Source: Pocillopora damicornis (taxonomy: Eukaryota). From it: a stretch of 64,000 nt of DNA. The notes below the pieces were generated by a model. It saw nothing but the letters and a program-made list of their open reading frames with translations, had not been told where the DNA came from and searched no databases. The stretch is from positions 248,001-312,000 of the forward strand of contig NW_020845998.1 in assembly GCF_003704095.1 (NCBI RefSeq). Direction: 5' to 3'. A program made the position numbers and the translations under genes. This document shows, one piece after another, positions 1 to 13,227 of the stretch; position 1 is the stretch's first letter; the number at the start of each line of letters is the position of its first letter.

Positions 1-3000
1 GTCCACCGTGGGCAGGAGGGGGATTGGTGCAGGATCGTGTCCGGTACCTGGTACCCTCCCCACAGGTTTTGTCACACTGTGACCAGCCGGTCCAATCAGT
101 GTAACCGCCATCATCTGGTTGAAAGATGACAAAAATATTCAATCAGGAAACAGTTCTCTCATTTATTAATTTAAAAACTGGGTTCATATCTTCTCACTTA
201 CGTGGACACGAAATGAGATTGCAGGCTTTAGACTCCATAGCAGGTCCCAGGCCTACTGTAGCGCAGTCACGGCCACCGTTAGTTGGGGAGGGACTGTTAC
301 AGGTTCTGTATCTCTGCGTCAGGCCTCCACCACATGTGACGTCACAATCGGACCAGTCACTCCATACTGAGTACCCACCATCCTCTGCGAACGAAATAAA
401 ATAAATTGAAGAGAATTCTAGAAGAAACAAGAACAGTGAACAAGAGAGTTGGCATTCTGTTGTTTGTTTTTTTTTTTTTTTGTTCGATTATTTGTTTGTT
501 TTTCACTATGAGTTTGTTAATAGACATACCTGGACACAAAAGAGCATTGCATTCTCTCGTTTCCAGCGAGGGACCTAGAGAAGAACAGTCCACGCCACCC
601 TGGGTATCCTTAGGGAAGGAACATTTTCGTGTTCTCTCCTGTGTACCTCCACCACAAGTGGCCGAGCACGAGGACCAGTGGGACCAATCTGAGTACACTC
701 CTGTAACGGGAGCTATTGAAAAGCAAAAAAATAAACTCATTGTTATATGCACCTCTTGCGTTAACGCAACAAGTCATGCTATACGTCACACAACATATCA
801 TATTATATGTAATGCAACAAGTCACGTCACACGTCAAGTTATAACTGTAAAGCACTTTTTACTTACCTGCAAATGTTGCCGGCATAGGAGTGGTTCCAAC
901 TGAAGAGGATTCTTGGAGTTCATCGGAACTAGGAGTCTCTGTGGCTGCACTTGTTCCTTGGGAGTATGCCTGGGTCGCGTGGCTTGTCACATGACCTTCG
1001 GTGGCTGAGGTGGCCTTCGAAATAGTATGGGTGCCATTGGTAGCCACAACTCCTCCAGTAGAAGTGAATTTAGTTGTCTTTGGTGATTCTACCGTTTCTC
1101 GGCCTTCTCCTGAAAATAAAGTAGCCGCATTTTCAGCCCATGCACAAAAAGAGTTTAGTATCTACAAAGTTTACTTATGATTTGCGCAAGATTTCCTTAC
1201 CAAGACAATGCCCCCACATTCCATCAATGTCGTAGTTAGACGTGGTAGCACACCAAGGCCTCTTGTTTTCATCGTCTGTACAGCCAAAATACTGGGTTCC
1301 ATGATAAACGAAAGGGAAAACACAGCAGGCGCCTTTACTTGTTCCACCTTCAGTCTCCACACAACGTGCGTTCAGACCTGTGGATATAGAACCGAGTACT
1401 TATTGAGAAAAATGGGCGACTACCTCATGAAATTTCTGATTAACCTTATTATTATTAAGAAATGCTAAGGATTTCATAATTATTCTCCAAACTGCGAGAT
1501 TCATCACTAATATAATTTTATAACGTTATTCCTCTGCCGTGCATGCACGTTACCCATCAATACTACTTTGGATTTCAAAGCCAGGGTCTTCTCTCCAATT
1601 GGAGCAATTGATTGTCAAAAATATTCCGAAATTACGTGAGTTTTGCTCTTCTCCGCACTGTTCCAGAAAACTTGTTCCACCTTCTCAACCAATCACATGC
1701 AGAACTTAAAAACCAAGCGCAACTTGGTAACCCACGTTTCTTTCCCGCGCTTTTTCCCCGCGATTTAAAGAATTTTTCTTTCTTTCTTTCTAATCAGCCT
1801 TCTGACTGGCTAGTATTTTTCTTTTCCAATTTATCTGACTAGCCACTGTGATGACCTTAGTTTTGGGTTTACGATACTCGATTGGAAAGTGCTCCCGTAT
1901 GATTTTCATACTTACGTATGAAAATCAAAGAGGTTGTTAGATATCGTACCTTCCTCTACAGGACACTCAGGACAACATTTCCATCGTTTCTTAACCGGAT
2001 TACGGCAGTTCAATTCAGGACACTCTATCAATGTACAGCGGATTTTACCATCGTCGCATTTGCATTCGGGCGTGCAAGGGCCTGGTGACCAGCGTTCGCC
2101 ATGCTCGTGTTGTATGCCGTCATAGTAACAATCTGAAAGGAGAGAATAAAAAACCACGATTGAACTTTATTTGCTAAAAAAACACACATATAAAGGTAGC
2201 ACAGGATATTGTATTCCTTGGCACTGAATTCAAATTCAGCCTCAAAACGTTATTTAGTTATGTATTCATTTTTAATTTTTTGACATATGCACTTCTAAAT
2301 CTATTATTTGATTTGGCAAAATATTTTTTGAGCATCAAAATGATTTGGAAGATCTTAATCAAAATATAAATTTGCTGAACCATTAATTTATTTTCCAATT
2401 TGTAGGATTCTCATGAAAATATTCTTGAGCATTTAAAGTCTTAAACTGTAAACTTGGATTCCAATTTGTTACTTACTTGCTTTATGCAGTGGCCCAAATT
2501 GCTGTGTTACGTTAACTGACAAGCAAATAAACAAAAATCAGCATCCACAAACAAGAGATCAAATGTAAAAAAAGACAAATAAACAGAGCAATAACAAAGG
2601 CCACTACTCACCAGGGGTGGGTGAGACGGTGGGTGCAGCTAAACCAACTGGAGCAGGGGTTGGAACTACAAACAGATCATAAGTAAGAAGCTCATCAAGC
2701 TTGAAATATGATTAATCTGCAACACCTTACCTAACCTCTTTTACAGTTTTAATGTTAGTTTAATGGTTAACAACAATAAGCCAGGTCTGGAGAGTCAGGC
2801 ATTTCCTCACTCTAGTCCACTAGGGGGGCTTTCCTTCATAGATTGGGACAGGATAAGGAAAAACTCAATCATTGACACTTTATTTGGTTACGGTTACAGT
2901 TTCAGTAAGTACCTTTACAGAGCCCACACTTTCTCTTGCAGTTCTTAACCAACCAATCATTATCGCATGCATGCATTGGGTAATCACTACAATCTTCATG

Positions 3001-6000
3001 ATCTTTTGACACACAAGCACCTGTTGAAAGAGGTCTCCTCTATAAGCTAACCAGAAATTACCCACATAATATTTGATTTCATTTAAGCATGAGGTATTAA
3101 ATATAAACAGAAAAAAAGATTGAGAGATTAGTATGCTTAAAAAGTATTAGTAACATTCAGGATGGCTTTTACATGCAAAATAATTTAGAGTATGTTGTGT
3201 TACAAAAGTGATTTTTTAATACTGAATTTCAATTATATGTGCAAGTTACTATTATTTAGATTGTTTTTATCCATTTTGTTTTTAAACCTTAGGAGTTTAA
3301 TTTAACATTCTAAATAATTAAATATTTTATATTTAATTATTCGTATTAATTTAGCCTTTATTTTCCATAGTTTATGTGAAAAATGGTGAGTTTATATTTT
3401 AGTGGTAATTTGACTGATCACCAGCTTGAGAATTCTCACCTTTTGATTCACCTTTTCCTGCGGGTTCTAACCCTAAAAATTGAAACATGCATTTGAAAAG
3501 GCAATCCTCTTTTGCAACCAGTTATAAAATGCCTCTTAGAATTCCACAGTTTGCAGTTGTAAAGTAAAATCCTGCAACCATTTGCCTTAAGGCCCTTTTT
3601 TTAGGGTATGTCAACTCTTTAGCTAAAATTCATAACAATTCCTGTGGTAATCTTAGAGTTCCGGTAAGGCTATCAGAAAAAGCCCTGTATTTTGACTCTG
3701 TAACCTCATATGGTTAATCTTGTTACAGAAAATGTTGTTGTTCATTGTGGTTTTGTAGATAAATGAATGTTTAATTACTTTTCCTACCATCTAGAGTCAA
3801 GCTATCAATTGTGTTAATCACGATGTTTCAACTGTTATACTGCTAGTCTTTGGAGCAATGTGGTCAAAGGCAAAGGTGTTGCTATTTATAACACCTTAGT
3901 TTGTTATTACTGGTGTGTTTTGGTACACTGTCATTAAGGAATTTTGATCTTTGTTATTGTTTCAACCACTATTTTGTATAGTATAGTCTTAAATACTGTT
4001 CAGTGTTAGGTTTGTTGGAGGTAAAGCCATCCGTTCAATTTTTTTCAGAAAAGTCAGTGTATTATTGAAAAAGTTTGTATTAGTCATGACAAGACTTTAT
4101 ATTAACCATTTTAGAACCATACTAGTTTCATTAAAAGCAAATTTACAAACAGCGTTAATAAATTAGCAGATAGAGCCAGCATTAATATTGACTGTAATGG
4201 TTCAAGAAGACTCATACATATCACAGCAAAGTTTGTTTACTAATGTCAAGATAATAGAAACAACCAGATGTTGAAGAATAAAAATTGTATGGCCAACAGG
4301 ATCTGGCCAATTTTAATAATATATCCACCTTATCCACCAAACAGACAGCATTATACAAATGTTAGGAAGGAATTATCCAAATAATGAAGAATAACTTGTC
4401 TGGCACATAGTGTCATTCACCCTCAAATATGGTCAAGACTGTGAGCTTTAGAATGTATGGGTAGTCTTGAATTTTTCCCTTCTTTTTTCTTTCTTTTTAC
4501 TTTTCTTCCCAAAAGCCTCTCACACAACAAGGTAAAGATTCCACCCTTTCAAATTTTCTGTTCATCATCAATTCAGAGACTGAATTCCTCTAATTTCAAG
4601 TTTTTTTCCCAAAATATAATTCTCCAATAACCTTGATGACTACAGCATTTAGGAAAAACAAAACCCCACATGTTTTTTGTTTTTGCATTTGTTTGTTTGT
4701 TGTTTTGTTTTGTCTTGTTTGCTTTTTGTTTGTTTGTTTGTTTGTTTGTTTTTTTTTGGGGGGGGATTATACTTTGCAGAGATCATCTCTGTTACATAAA
4801 ATTAATTCATGCCAATGTATCTCCATGAAATTAGATGTATTTAGAAAAGTTACACTTAGAACTGTCGTCCTATATTGCTAACTTGCGATCTGGTATCTGT
4901 AAATCACTTTAAAGCTCTAAAGCCAGGATCTTCGCTTTTCAAGGTCGCTGTACACATTCCTGTTTCACGCGCGAATATCTGTCACATTTTCTTTCAACTC
5001 CGACTCGCGATCGAAGTCGCTGTCTAAAATTTAAAGCTTTCTAAATAAGACTTCAGTCTCATCAAATCCACCTACCTTCACAAAAACCGCACTTTTTCTT
5101 GCAATTCTTTCTCATCCATTCGTTTTCACAGCTTTCTATCGAAAAGCGACTGCATTCCTTATTATCCTTGCAAACAGCTGAAATTAATCATATGCCAAAT
5201 AGCTTCATTTTATCGTATAGATGACTGCTATCCTTTTAATTCGTCGGTCAACCCATTATTTTCCAGGTTACTTTAAACTCCATGTCGGGGCAAATTTTCT
5301 GCGTCTGCCGCTACTTCTCCGAGGCTAAAATTTACGCGCCTTGTCCGCCATATTTGTTGTTAAACCCCAGTCCCCGCTCAAACAGATTCATAAATGTAGG
5401 CCTGCAAAGCATATACAAAGTGTGGCCGAAAATATCTTTAATCGTGTACTTACGTCGACAAAACTGGCATTTTCTTGGACAATTAAGTTGAACCCATTCG
5501 TCATTACACTGGTTCATGGAGTATCGCGAACATTCACTCTTGTCGTTACACCAGGGTGCTGGAAATAACAAATAAAGCGTCAGCTATACCTAATATTCTT
5601 CATTCGCCTCCTTTAACCGATAAGGCCCCTGATGATCGAAGGGTGGACAACGCTATCCAGTGGATAAATCTCTGTCTGGTGGATAGCACAGTAAGTTTTG
5701 TTAACACTTACTGGCTGGCTAGTAATATATCTTTTTAAAAGCTTCGTTCCCACTTTTAACAACTGGGGCCATGGATTATATTGTCTAAATGAAGACCCTT
5801 ACGATTGAGAGAGCTTGCTTCGAAAAACAGAAAAATTTGACGAAATCACACGAGATTAAACAGCTTTAATACCAATCAGATAGCTGCAGAAGAGTCAATG
5901 TATGCGTATCTCTATTTAATCGTTAAGAAAAGGCCTTAGTTACCTTCTGGTATTTGAAGAATAGTTGTCCCGTGACTCATTGTTACATTGATATGATTTT

Positions 6001-8590
6001 TCGCCGGACCTTTTACTTTAATCTTAGCTTTATGTTCGTCTTCAGCTTTAATGTTTGCAGGAAGCTTGACAACAATGGTTTCCACCATGGGTACTTTGTT
6101 TGACACCTGGTCCTCCAACGCCGGTTTCCCATTTTCACCTTTAATGTTTACTAAAACAGGCTTTCGTGATGTCTCCAATGATTTTGTGACCTCAGAGGGT
6201 ACTGTGACAGACAGCTCCGTGTACGGTTTCTCTGTTGCGTTATTTGTTGTGTTATTTGTTGTCACTGCTTGTTGAGGTGTCGTAAGTGTTGAAGTTGTTT
6301 CTGTGATACACGAAACAGTAGTTATATCTTTCAGGAAATCCAAGAAGGTTATTGATAGACACAAGATATAATCAAATTGAACAAAGTGGCTTTTATCTGG
6401 CATGCGTACTAATGACAAGCGTGTCCCCTGCTTCTAGAGTGGCGTTTCTTTCCAGCTATGCTTTAAATCGCGTTTCTGACAGCAATGTATGTTACTATGG
6501 GCAACGCGCGCCAGGGATGACTTTGTACGAGTTTAATTTGAGTGTGTGATGAGAAAACATTGAGGATTTATGGTCGTTCACCGACAACAAAGTTCAGTTT
6601 TATTTTCTCTTTCATGGATATGACTTTACCAAGTACAAAGATTCAAAAATTTATGCAGTGCTCACCATTGCCGCATATTTTGCATTTCTTGGGGCAGTTA
6701 ACTTTCAACCACGCCTCGTTACAGCTGGCCTCTGTATATTTACCACACACAGGGTCGTCATTACACCAAGTTTCTATGGGAACAAGTGATATATACGTTA
6801 ACAGAACCTCAGAAAAATGTTTGATTATTTTTGGACCTGTGATCACTGAAGAGTATTTTGCCCCCTACTCTAAGGCAAGAGAATACCAGTTGACATTCTC
6901 TTGTCTAAAGTTAACATTACTGGATTAAAGTGGGCATCATCTACGATGACAACTTAAAGTTCTCAAATCATCAACAGTGCATAAATTTTCGTAAGTTTCT
7001 AAAAACTGGCGATGATTTCCAAGAAGAGAAATGAAGTGGTAGTTGCACCGATTTTCACGACAACCTCACTTAAAAGGAAGATACTGTGGTCACAGAGCAA
7101 TTTTTCAATCGACTGTCGCAAATAATCTGGAATTGAGTTGGTTTTGCTTTACTTCGCGTTGTGATCGGTCTAGAAAACTCGCGCCATCTTTTTAACCAAT
7201 CAGATGCAAAACTAAAACCAATCACGACTTGGTCGCCCGCGTTTCTCGTGCTTTGGTTAGCTTGGTTAGTTTGCTTTGAGTTCTCATTGGTTATGAAAGG
7301 AATTTTTCTTTGATTGGTTTTTACGATTACTTTGATCGCTTTTGGTTTTACGACACTTGATCGAAAAATGCTCTTTTTCTCACTAGGTACTCTATTTACT
7401 CACCGTAAACGTTTGGCTCAGCTGTAGCATTCTGCTCTACGACGGCTGCAGAAAAATAAGTGCAAATTGTAATTTGAGATTGGACCAAATTGCTGTTAAG
7501 CAATAAAAAATACCACTACGGAAAAAGTTTGTATGTTGACAATGCGCTATCCATCATAAATATTATCGGCAAACATATAGTTTTTAAACAAACACGCAAC
7601 CTAAAGTTATGCAAAGACCGATGAAGGGATTGCATAGACTCCTTATCATGTTTGATTTAAGTGAGATGTATGATTTATTGCACCAAATAGGTGGCTGCAT
7701 TAAAGTCGAAATGAAAGTCAAAATATTCTTCGAACTCTCAACACCGATGATGACCACTTAAGCTCGATATACGAATCTGCAAACCATAACCGTACTCGTA
7801 AATTCTTAGAGTCATGTCTCATAAGAAACTTGTTGAAACTGATTTTCTTGTTACGAAGGAAGACAAATGAGTCCCAGACCCTAAAAATTAACTGCAGGAT
7901 ATTCATTTCACAACAGAGCAAAATTTCTCAGGCTAAAAATTTACCCGACCCTCTTCTAATAGCTCCTTTACGTAATGAATCACAAGGCATTTTCTCTTGA
8001 ATTAAAACATGAATTAAATTGACAAAAAAGCTACATGAGGCGATGGCAATGAAAAAATTATTCTGGAGTCAGAGTTAATTCATAAATGGCCTAATGGTCA
8101 CATGATATAGCTAGATTTCTTCTTTAAATGGCAAAAACCCAAACAAAAAGTTTATATACCCTCTTAGGGCAAATAATTGGTGTAGATGTTACATTTGCGA
8201 CAATTAGCTGCACTGGAGAGCTTCTGTAGCTGCAATTTAACTTAGGTCGGAGTAAACAATTGTATTAAGACAATACGGTAGGTTTGTCTCGGTGAAAATG
8301 TTCGAAACTCTCAGAAATTTCTACAGTTTCCACGCACCGTCATCAAGTAACGAGCACCCGAATGAAAATCGTAAAATCGGTTAATTTTATAAACGTCTTT
8401 CTGAAAACAGTGCAAAATTATCTTAAGACGGCCTAAATCACTACAATGAATACATTTTGCAACCTAAATCTGACCGATCAAGGTCAGAGCTTATTTTTGA
8501 CTTTCATCCATCACCAGATAAAAACTTACTTTGTGCAAACACCGCTAGCAATGATGCAATAATCACTTGAAGAAATAAATTGAATTTCAT
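1..8590 (-). CDS. Gene F, short form (3' end outside window): secreted multidomain protein, signal peptide - ShKT x4 - S/T/P linkers - VWC - FN2 - S/T-rich - TSP1 x3+
   Basis: GT-AG exons, all phase 1: 8590-8530 ([20 protein letters not shown], signal peptide), 7445-7404, 6773-6666 (ShKT), 6300-5944, 5558-5454 (ShKT), 5177-5076 (ShKT), 3472-3440, 3020-2913 (ShKT, not in ORF track), 2665-2612, 2515-2477, 2132-1950 (VWC), 1377-1201 (FN2, [10 protein letters not shown]...[15 protein letters not shown]), 1109-867, 712-530, 384-202 and 114-1 (TSP1, WxxWSxC..TCG.G...R.R.C). All internal exon lengths are multiples of 3. Confidence 0.9.
1601..1894. mobile_element. MITE-like repeat family 1, diverged copy
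   Basis: CAACCAATCACATGCAGAAC core and TTTTGGGTTTACGATACTCGATTGGAAAGTGCTC end match 7094-7374. Confidence 0.7.
4673..4756 (+). repeat. Imperfect (TTTG)n simple repeat
   Basis: Direct reading; intronic. Confidence 0.85.
5624..5770. mobile_element. Short MITE-like element with GGCCCC...GGGGCC termini
   Basis: Imperfect terminal inverted repeats (GGCCCCTGATGAT / AACAACTGGGGCC) and internal TATCCA/TGGATA palindromic motifs. No matching TSD seen. Confidence 0.55.
7094..7374. mobile_element. MITE-like repeat family 1 (~280 bp, terminal inverted repeats)
   Basis: Starts AGAGCAATTTTTCAATCGACTGTCG and ends CGACACTTGATCGAAAAATGCTCT (inverted repeat). The core AACCAATCAGATGCAAAAC...TTTGAGTTCTCATTGG is shared with three other copies in the window. 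Confidence 0.8.
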
Positions 8591-9280
8591 GTTTTCCGCC
8601 GCTCGCGATTCGTTGTTACCATTTTAGTTCTCACATGGCAAACAGGAAAAGCCTCCACGAGCTTTGCATTCATTAACATTAATGTTCGGATCGGCCGGTT
8701 TGTCCATCATCGCATCAACGGCCACCCGCAAATCCTCGCAAAACACTACGAGTCTAACGAGGAACTCTCTATATGAGACAATTGCATGGCCACAGGAATC
8801 GCCAGAGTTTACATAGTGTTAACAACTAAGCGCAGTTCAAATATACAACAAATCAAATCTGGGCGCGCTTAAAAATTTATGCTGGGCGGGGAAAATCTGT
8901 TTGTTTAGAAAAATTTTGTTTGCCTTGATGAAATTATTCGGAGAAATTTCCAAGGAGTTAGGGCGAAAATTTTGACAGTTTTATCACTTGCCGGTCGCAA
9001 CACCTATTGAAATGAGTCACGGTCTTTTTTGAGTATCAGACTGCTTTATGTAGGAGAAATGCTGATGATTTAGTTCCAAAATATTTATGCTATTTTTTAA
9101 GGGAACAATTCCTCTTAAACTTCAAAGTTAGACGTTCATGATAAAAATAAATTTTGTGTTCATCAACTTTTATCAGTAACTATATTTGTGAAAAAAATTT
9201 AAGGACCTTTTTCTGACGTGCAAAGTAGATGGCTGTTTAACCGGATTTTCTGTTTCTATTCTATTAAAATTGCTACTTAC

Positions 9281-12200
9281 GAAGCTGTTGCATGGTCACA
9301 GGGACACCAGTACCCGTGTTGTGTCTAAAATCCACGGTGATATTCTGATTTGGAGTCAGCGGAGTTGCTGTGGCTGTCGCGTTGCTGATAATCTTATCCA
9401 CAATTCCTCCCGCAAAAGGATTCACTACATCAGGACCGCTGGGCATGGGAGGAGCCTGCGTTGGGAGTGATTGCGCAGTACTCGGCTGCGTTAACGTCAA
9501 GTTTTGCACAGTCACGTGACTTGGAGTTTCATGCATTACAGGGACCTCAATGGGAACCGCTGGTTCTTTATCGGTTTCAAACGAAATTTTGATGTTTTGG
9601 TTTTGCTTCTCGGCTGGAGTTGCTTCCAAGCTTATCCCATTTCCTTCAGCTGTTACAGGAGATGTTTCGTTTCCAAGAAATGAAATTTTAATATTTTCCA
9701 TATTACCCTCTGGTACTGGTTGTAAGGAGACCTCGTTTACACCTTGCAAAGGCTGGTTTTTCTCGATGAAAGAAATTCGTATTTTTTCTACACCGTTGCT
9801 TTCAACTGGTTGTACTGCTGAAGGAATGTCCACAACCCAGTCGGGATTCTTTTTAATTTCTAAAACTTCCATTTCTTCCACTGGCACAAGTTCACTTCCG
9901 TTCATAACGAGAAGAGGCTCTGAGGTAGGTTCCATCGTTCCCACGTGAGCTGAAAGCGCTTCTTGTGGGGTCGACGAATCGTAGACACCTATTTCTGAAC
10001 CCGATGTCGCACCAGCCTGTACCACCGGAAGTATGTTCTCAGACGCTACTGTCTTGTTATATACATTATATAAGGGAGAGCCATTGGTCGGTACACTGAC
10101 TTCCGGGTAAATTGTCTCATTAGCTATCTCGTTCGTAGCTACGATTGGTGCAGTACCTTCGTATTTTACCTTAGGGTAGGTATAATTATTGCGGCCCAGA
10201 ACCACCTTGGAAGTGTCCGGAACTGTAGTCGGAGCGTTCTCCCATCCCTTAAGCGGATTTACTGTCGGCTGTGCTGTTGCTCCCAAATAATTTGCAACTT
10301 TATCTGTTTCTGGAGTTGCCTCTTCTGCAAGAAAAAAGGATGGTAAACCTCTGTCATAAGAGAAAGTGTCAGGTGAGAGTAAGACATATTTTTTTGTACT
10401 ATTATGAAGCATTATTTACTTTCCACGACGTTTTGAAACTGTAAGAAGCATACAACTGTGCACAACACTCCCAGTTTTCACCATTACCCATGTACGGTGT
10501 ATACACCAAACGATACATGCTACCCAGATAGTCAAACTCTGCACTCACCTGTTCCGCAGTGTCCACATAGTTTTGGACAGTTAAGGTTGATCCAGTCATA
10601 CGAGTCACAGTGAGTCTTTGAGTACATTGCGCATGCGTTTTGGTCAACGCACCACGAATCTAAAAAGAGCAGATCATTTATTCACAAGTTCCATTATACG
10701 GTAGAGGTAAAATTGGAACATGGGCCAGATGGCTCATCTTACTGGAGCTAGTTTTTAGAGCATTTGATGATTGAAACTGCTGCTTCTCCTCCTAAGCTTA
10801 GTGAGTGCTAGTCCATCGAAGGTTGCCCTTCCCTTACCCGCCACCCAAACTGTACAGATTTCTCGAATTGGTTCTTTCAGTTTTAACTCGTGGATATGCA
10901 AAGCGTTAGAACAAGTTATGTGGAGATTTGATATGTCAACCTCTTGAGGGGGTGGGAAAGGCAGGCATCTTATTGAAGATGGCAGACTGATTGTTAAATA
11001 TGGCGGATAAATTGGGGCAGATTTGCGCGGGGATAACGGGTCAATTCTGTGTCTTGAAATGTCAGTATCATTGGCTGTAAGTGCTACACCACCGGATATT
11101 CTAATACGTCTGCAGAGTATATCCACGAGTTTACCATAGTGTCACTTTGATTTAAAGACACCGATGTCAGATAACTACTTTAAAAACTGTGCGTACCGCC
11201 ATCTTGGATCATAAGCAACTTTATACTTCCCACTGTAATCTGTTTGATCCCCTCCATACTTTTACGAACCTTTGATCGATGATAACTTTAGCAACCCTAT
11301 TACGTCAAAGCATCTAAAATGGCTCTTACAAGGAAGTTCAATTATTGATGTTGCATGTATTTGTTCTTAGTTTTACACAGTTTGGTCCCTGTTTCCCATC
11401 TGCCCCACAAATCTACTTCTTTATGAAATTTTCATAATTTTAACGGTAACTTGCTCCATCAATGGCGTCTTTCTCAAGTAAGTGTATTACAGAACAAAAC
11501 AGCCTAACAACTACAGCTCGGACAAAAGATCTTAAAGCAAAAAGTTTTGATCCAAAGGCAAGGGCTATAGTTCCGACTTTCACTGTTAGCGTGACTCACT
11601 AAAAAGCGTTCTTTTCTATTCAAATATGCTCGATGACAATGATCGTGGAGGTTTCATGCGGACTTGGGATCTTTGCATCTTTTAGATCAAGTTTAAACTC
11701 TGATACTTTCTTTAGTTTCTCTCCACATAAACATCGCGTCCAGACAGAAGAAGAGGAAGCTTCTTTCCCTTGTTTATGTGTTTGCTTAGAATTACAATTG
11801 TAAACAAGATTACTTGTTTTTGTTTTCTTTAGAGATGTGATGCTTTTCATTGACAAAATTCGAACGGTAAGCTTCGCTAGCTCTCTCTTTTATTGGTTAG
11901 GAACATGAGCAACGAACGGAAAACTGGAGAGGTTAACGCCAAAACCAAAGAAAAGAAAAATGCTAATGGAGTTTATTGATGTGTCTGGTATCTCTTTCAT
12001 GATAGTTCAGAAATCCTACATAACGACAGAGAAAACATGCCTAGCTTTACGGAAATTTTTTCTTGTTTTGTCACATGGAATAACATTGAAATAGCGCATA
12101 CTCGGGCGCAATTCAAACTTATCGAAGTACATTTTCATGATAATATAAATGGTCTAATAATCGACCGAAAATTGTATCAGTTTTTGATTCAGTTGAAAGA

Positions 12201-13227
12201 ATGATTGACATACGGCCATTTAGGAGTTATTGACCTGACTTACACCGTTCAGAAATTGGTCGATAGCTGACGGCTTACTTTTTAGATCGTTTGCGACGGT
12301 TTCGAAACATATATCTCACATAAACATCTACAACTAATTTATATTCATTCCACAAAGTTGATCTTTGGCTTGAAAGCAGCTTGTCTTCAGCAGGTAGTCT
12401 GTTAATTGTTGTTACGCTTAGCTGGCATAGCAACGAAAGCGTTCAAGCATATCTTACGAAACCATTTAAATGAACTGTGGCGTATGCATTATTGACAGAT
12501 TTGAGCGGAAAACCACTGAATGTCTTTCCAGTAAATGAGCCTTACGATTGCAAAGGTGATTTCAAACTGAAAAAAAGATTTCGCACAGCAAATATGTTGC
12601 GAGATGAAATCGTTTATCCAGGTGGCAACATTTATTATGGTGTTACACCAGTTCTTTTTTGTCTTTCGCAAGTATCTATTCATCAAATATTTACATTTAG
12701 GCGGCAAAGAGAAAAATGTCAAAAATTTTTGAACCACTTCGAGAAGAGAATTGCTAAATTCACGAAGAACTTCTATATAAAAATTGAAAAGATTAATTCT
12801 AAATTCCATTGTGCGAGTCAATCAGTTTTAATAAAGCTTTCCGTCATTTTTTTGAAAGAAAAATTTTTAATAACCGATATAGTTGATAACCGACATTATG
12901 AAGTAAGATAAATCAGATAACGTCTTCCTAAGCTTAATCCTCTAGTTCTGTTCTTTCCCTTATTCAAGTTCAGTAATCTCAAAACAGACAACGTTCTTGA
13001 AGTCACTTATCTTACTCAACGAAAAAGGTTTGACAGCGAGACAGTTTTAAAATCGATAAATTCGCGGGTATATCTATTAGGGTATGTTGATGAAACCAAA
13101 TCTTCGTTTTGTAAGTAAAGTGTATTTCGTATAAAGAAAGTCCTAAAAAACACTTACCTTCTGTAGCTGTGATGACTTGGACAAGATACACAAAAATACA
13201 AAAGTGTATCCGTCTGAAAATTGCCAT
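9281..13227 (-). CDS. Gene F upstream segment (probable long-form 5' exons): signal peptide - ShKT - 348-aa T/P/E/V-rich region
   Basis: Exons 13227-13158 (MAIFRRIHFCIFVYLVQVITATE, G|gtaagt), probable 11074-10838 (237 nt, phase 1-1, less certain), 10659-10549 (ShKT CVDQNACAMYSKTHCDSYDWINLNCPKLCGHC), and 10324-9281 (1044 nt, ends C|gtaagt, phase 1, no stop). The phase is compatible with splicing to 7445. Confidence 0.75.

Noticed and set aside
3500-4100. N/T/S-rich coding-like strand bias suggesting a dead mucin-like exon
   Set aside because: Stops interrupt the frames I read, and I saw no homology to other exons.
8984-9003. Tiny terminal exon (RVATGK*) that would make 13227-9281 a separate gene
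   Set aside because: No polyA signal before the next ATG 400 bp away; kept only as the alternative to the two-promoter model.
12244-12327. Candidate micro-exon with RNRRKRS (furin-like) or AIDQFLNG frames in gene F intron 1
   Set aside because: Weak acceptors and ambiguous phase; cannot be supported without reads.
12477-12911. 144-aa and 110-aa overlapping ORFs
   Set aside because: AT-rich intronic sequence, no recognisable domain, no splice signals.
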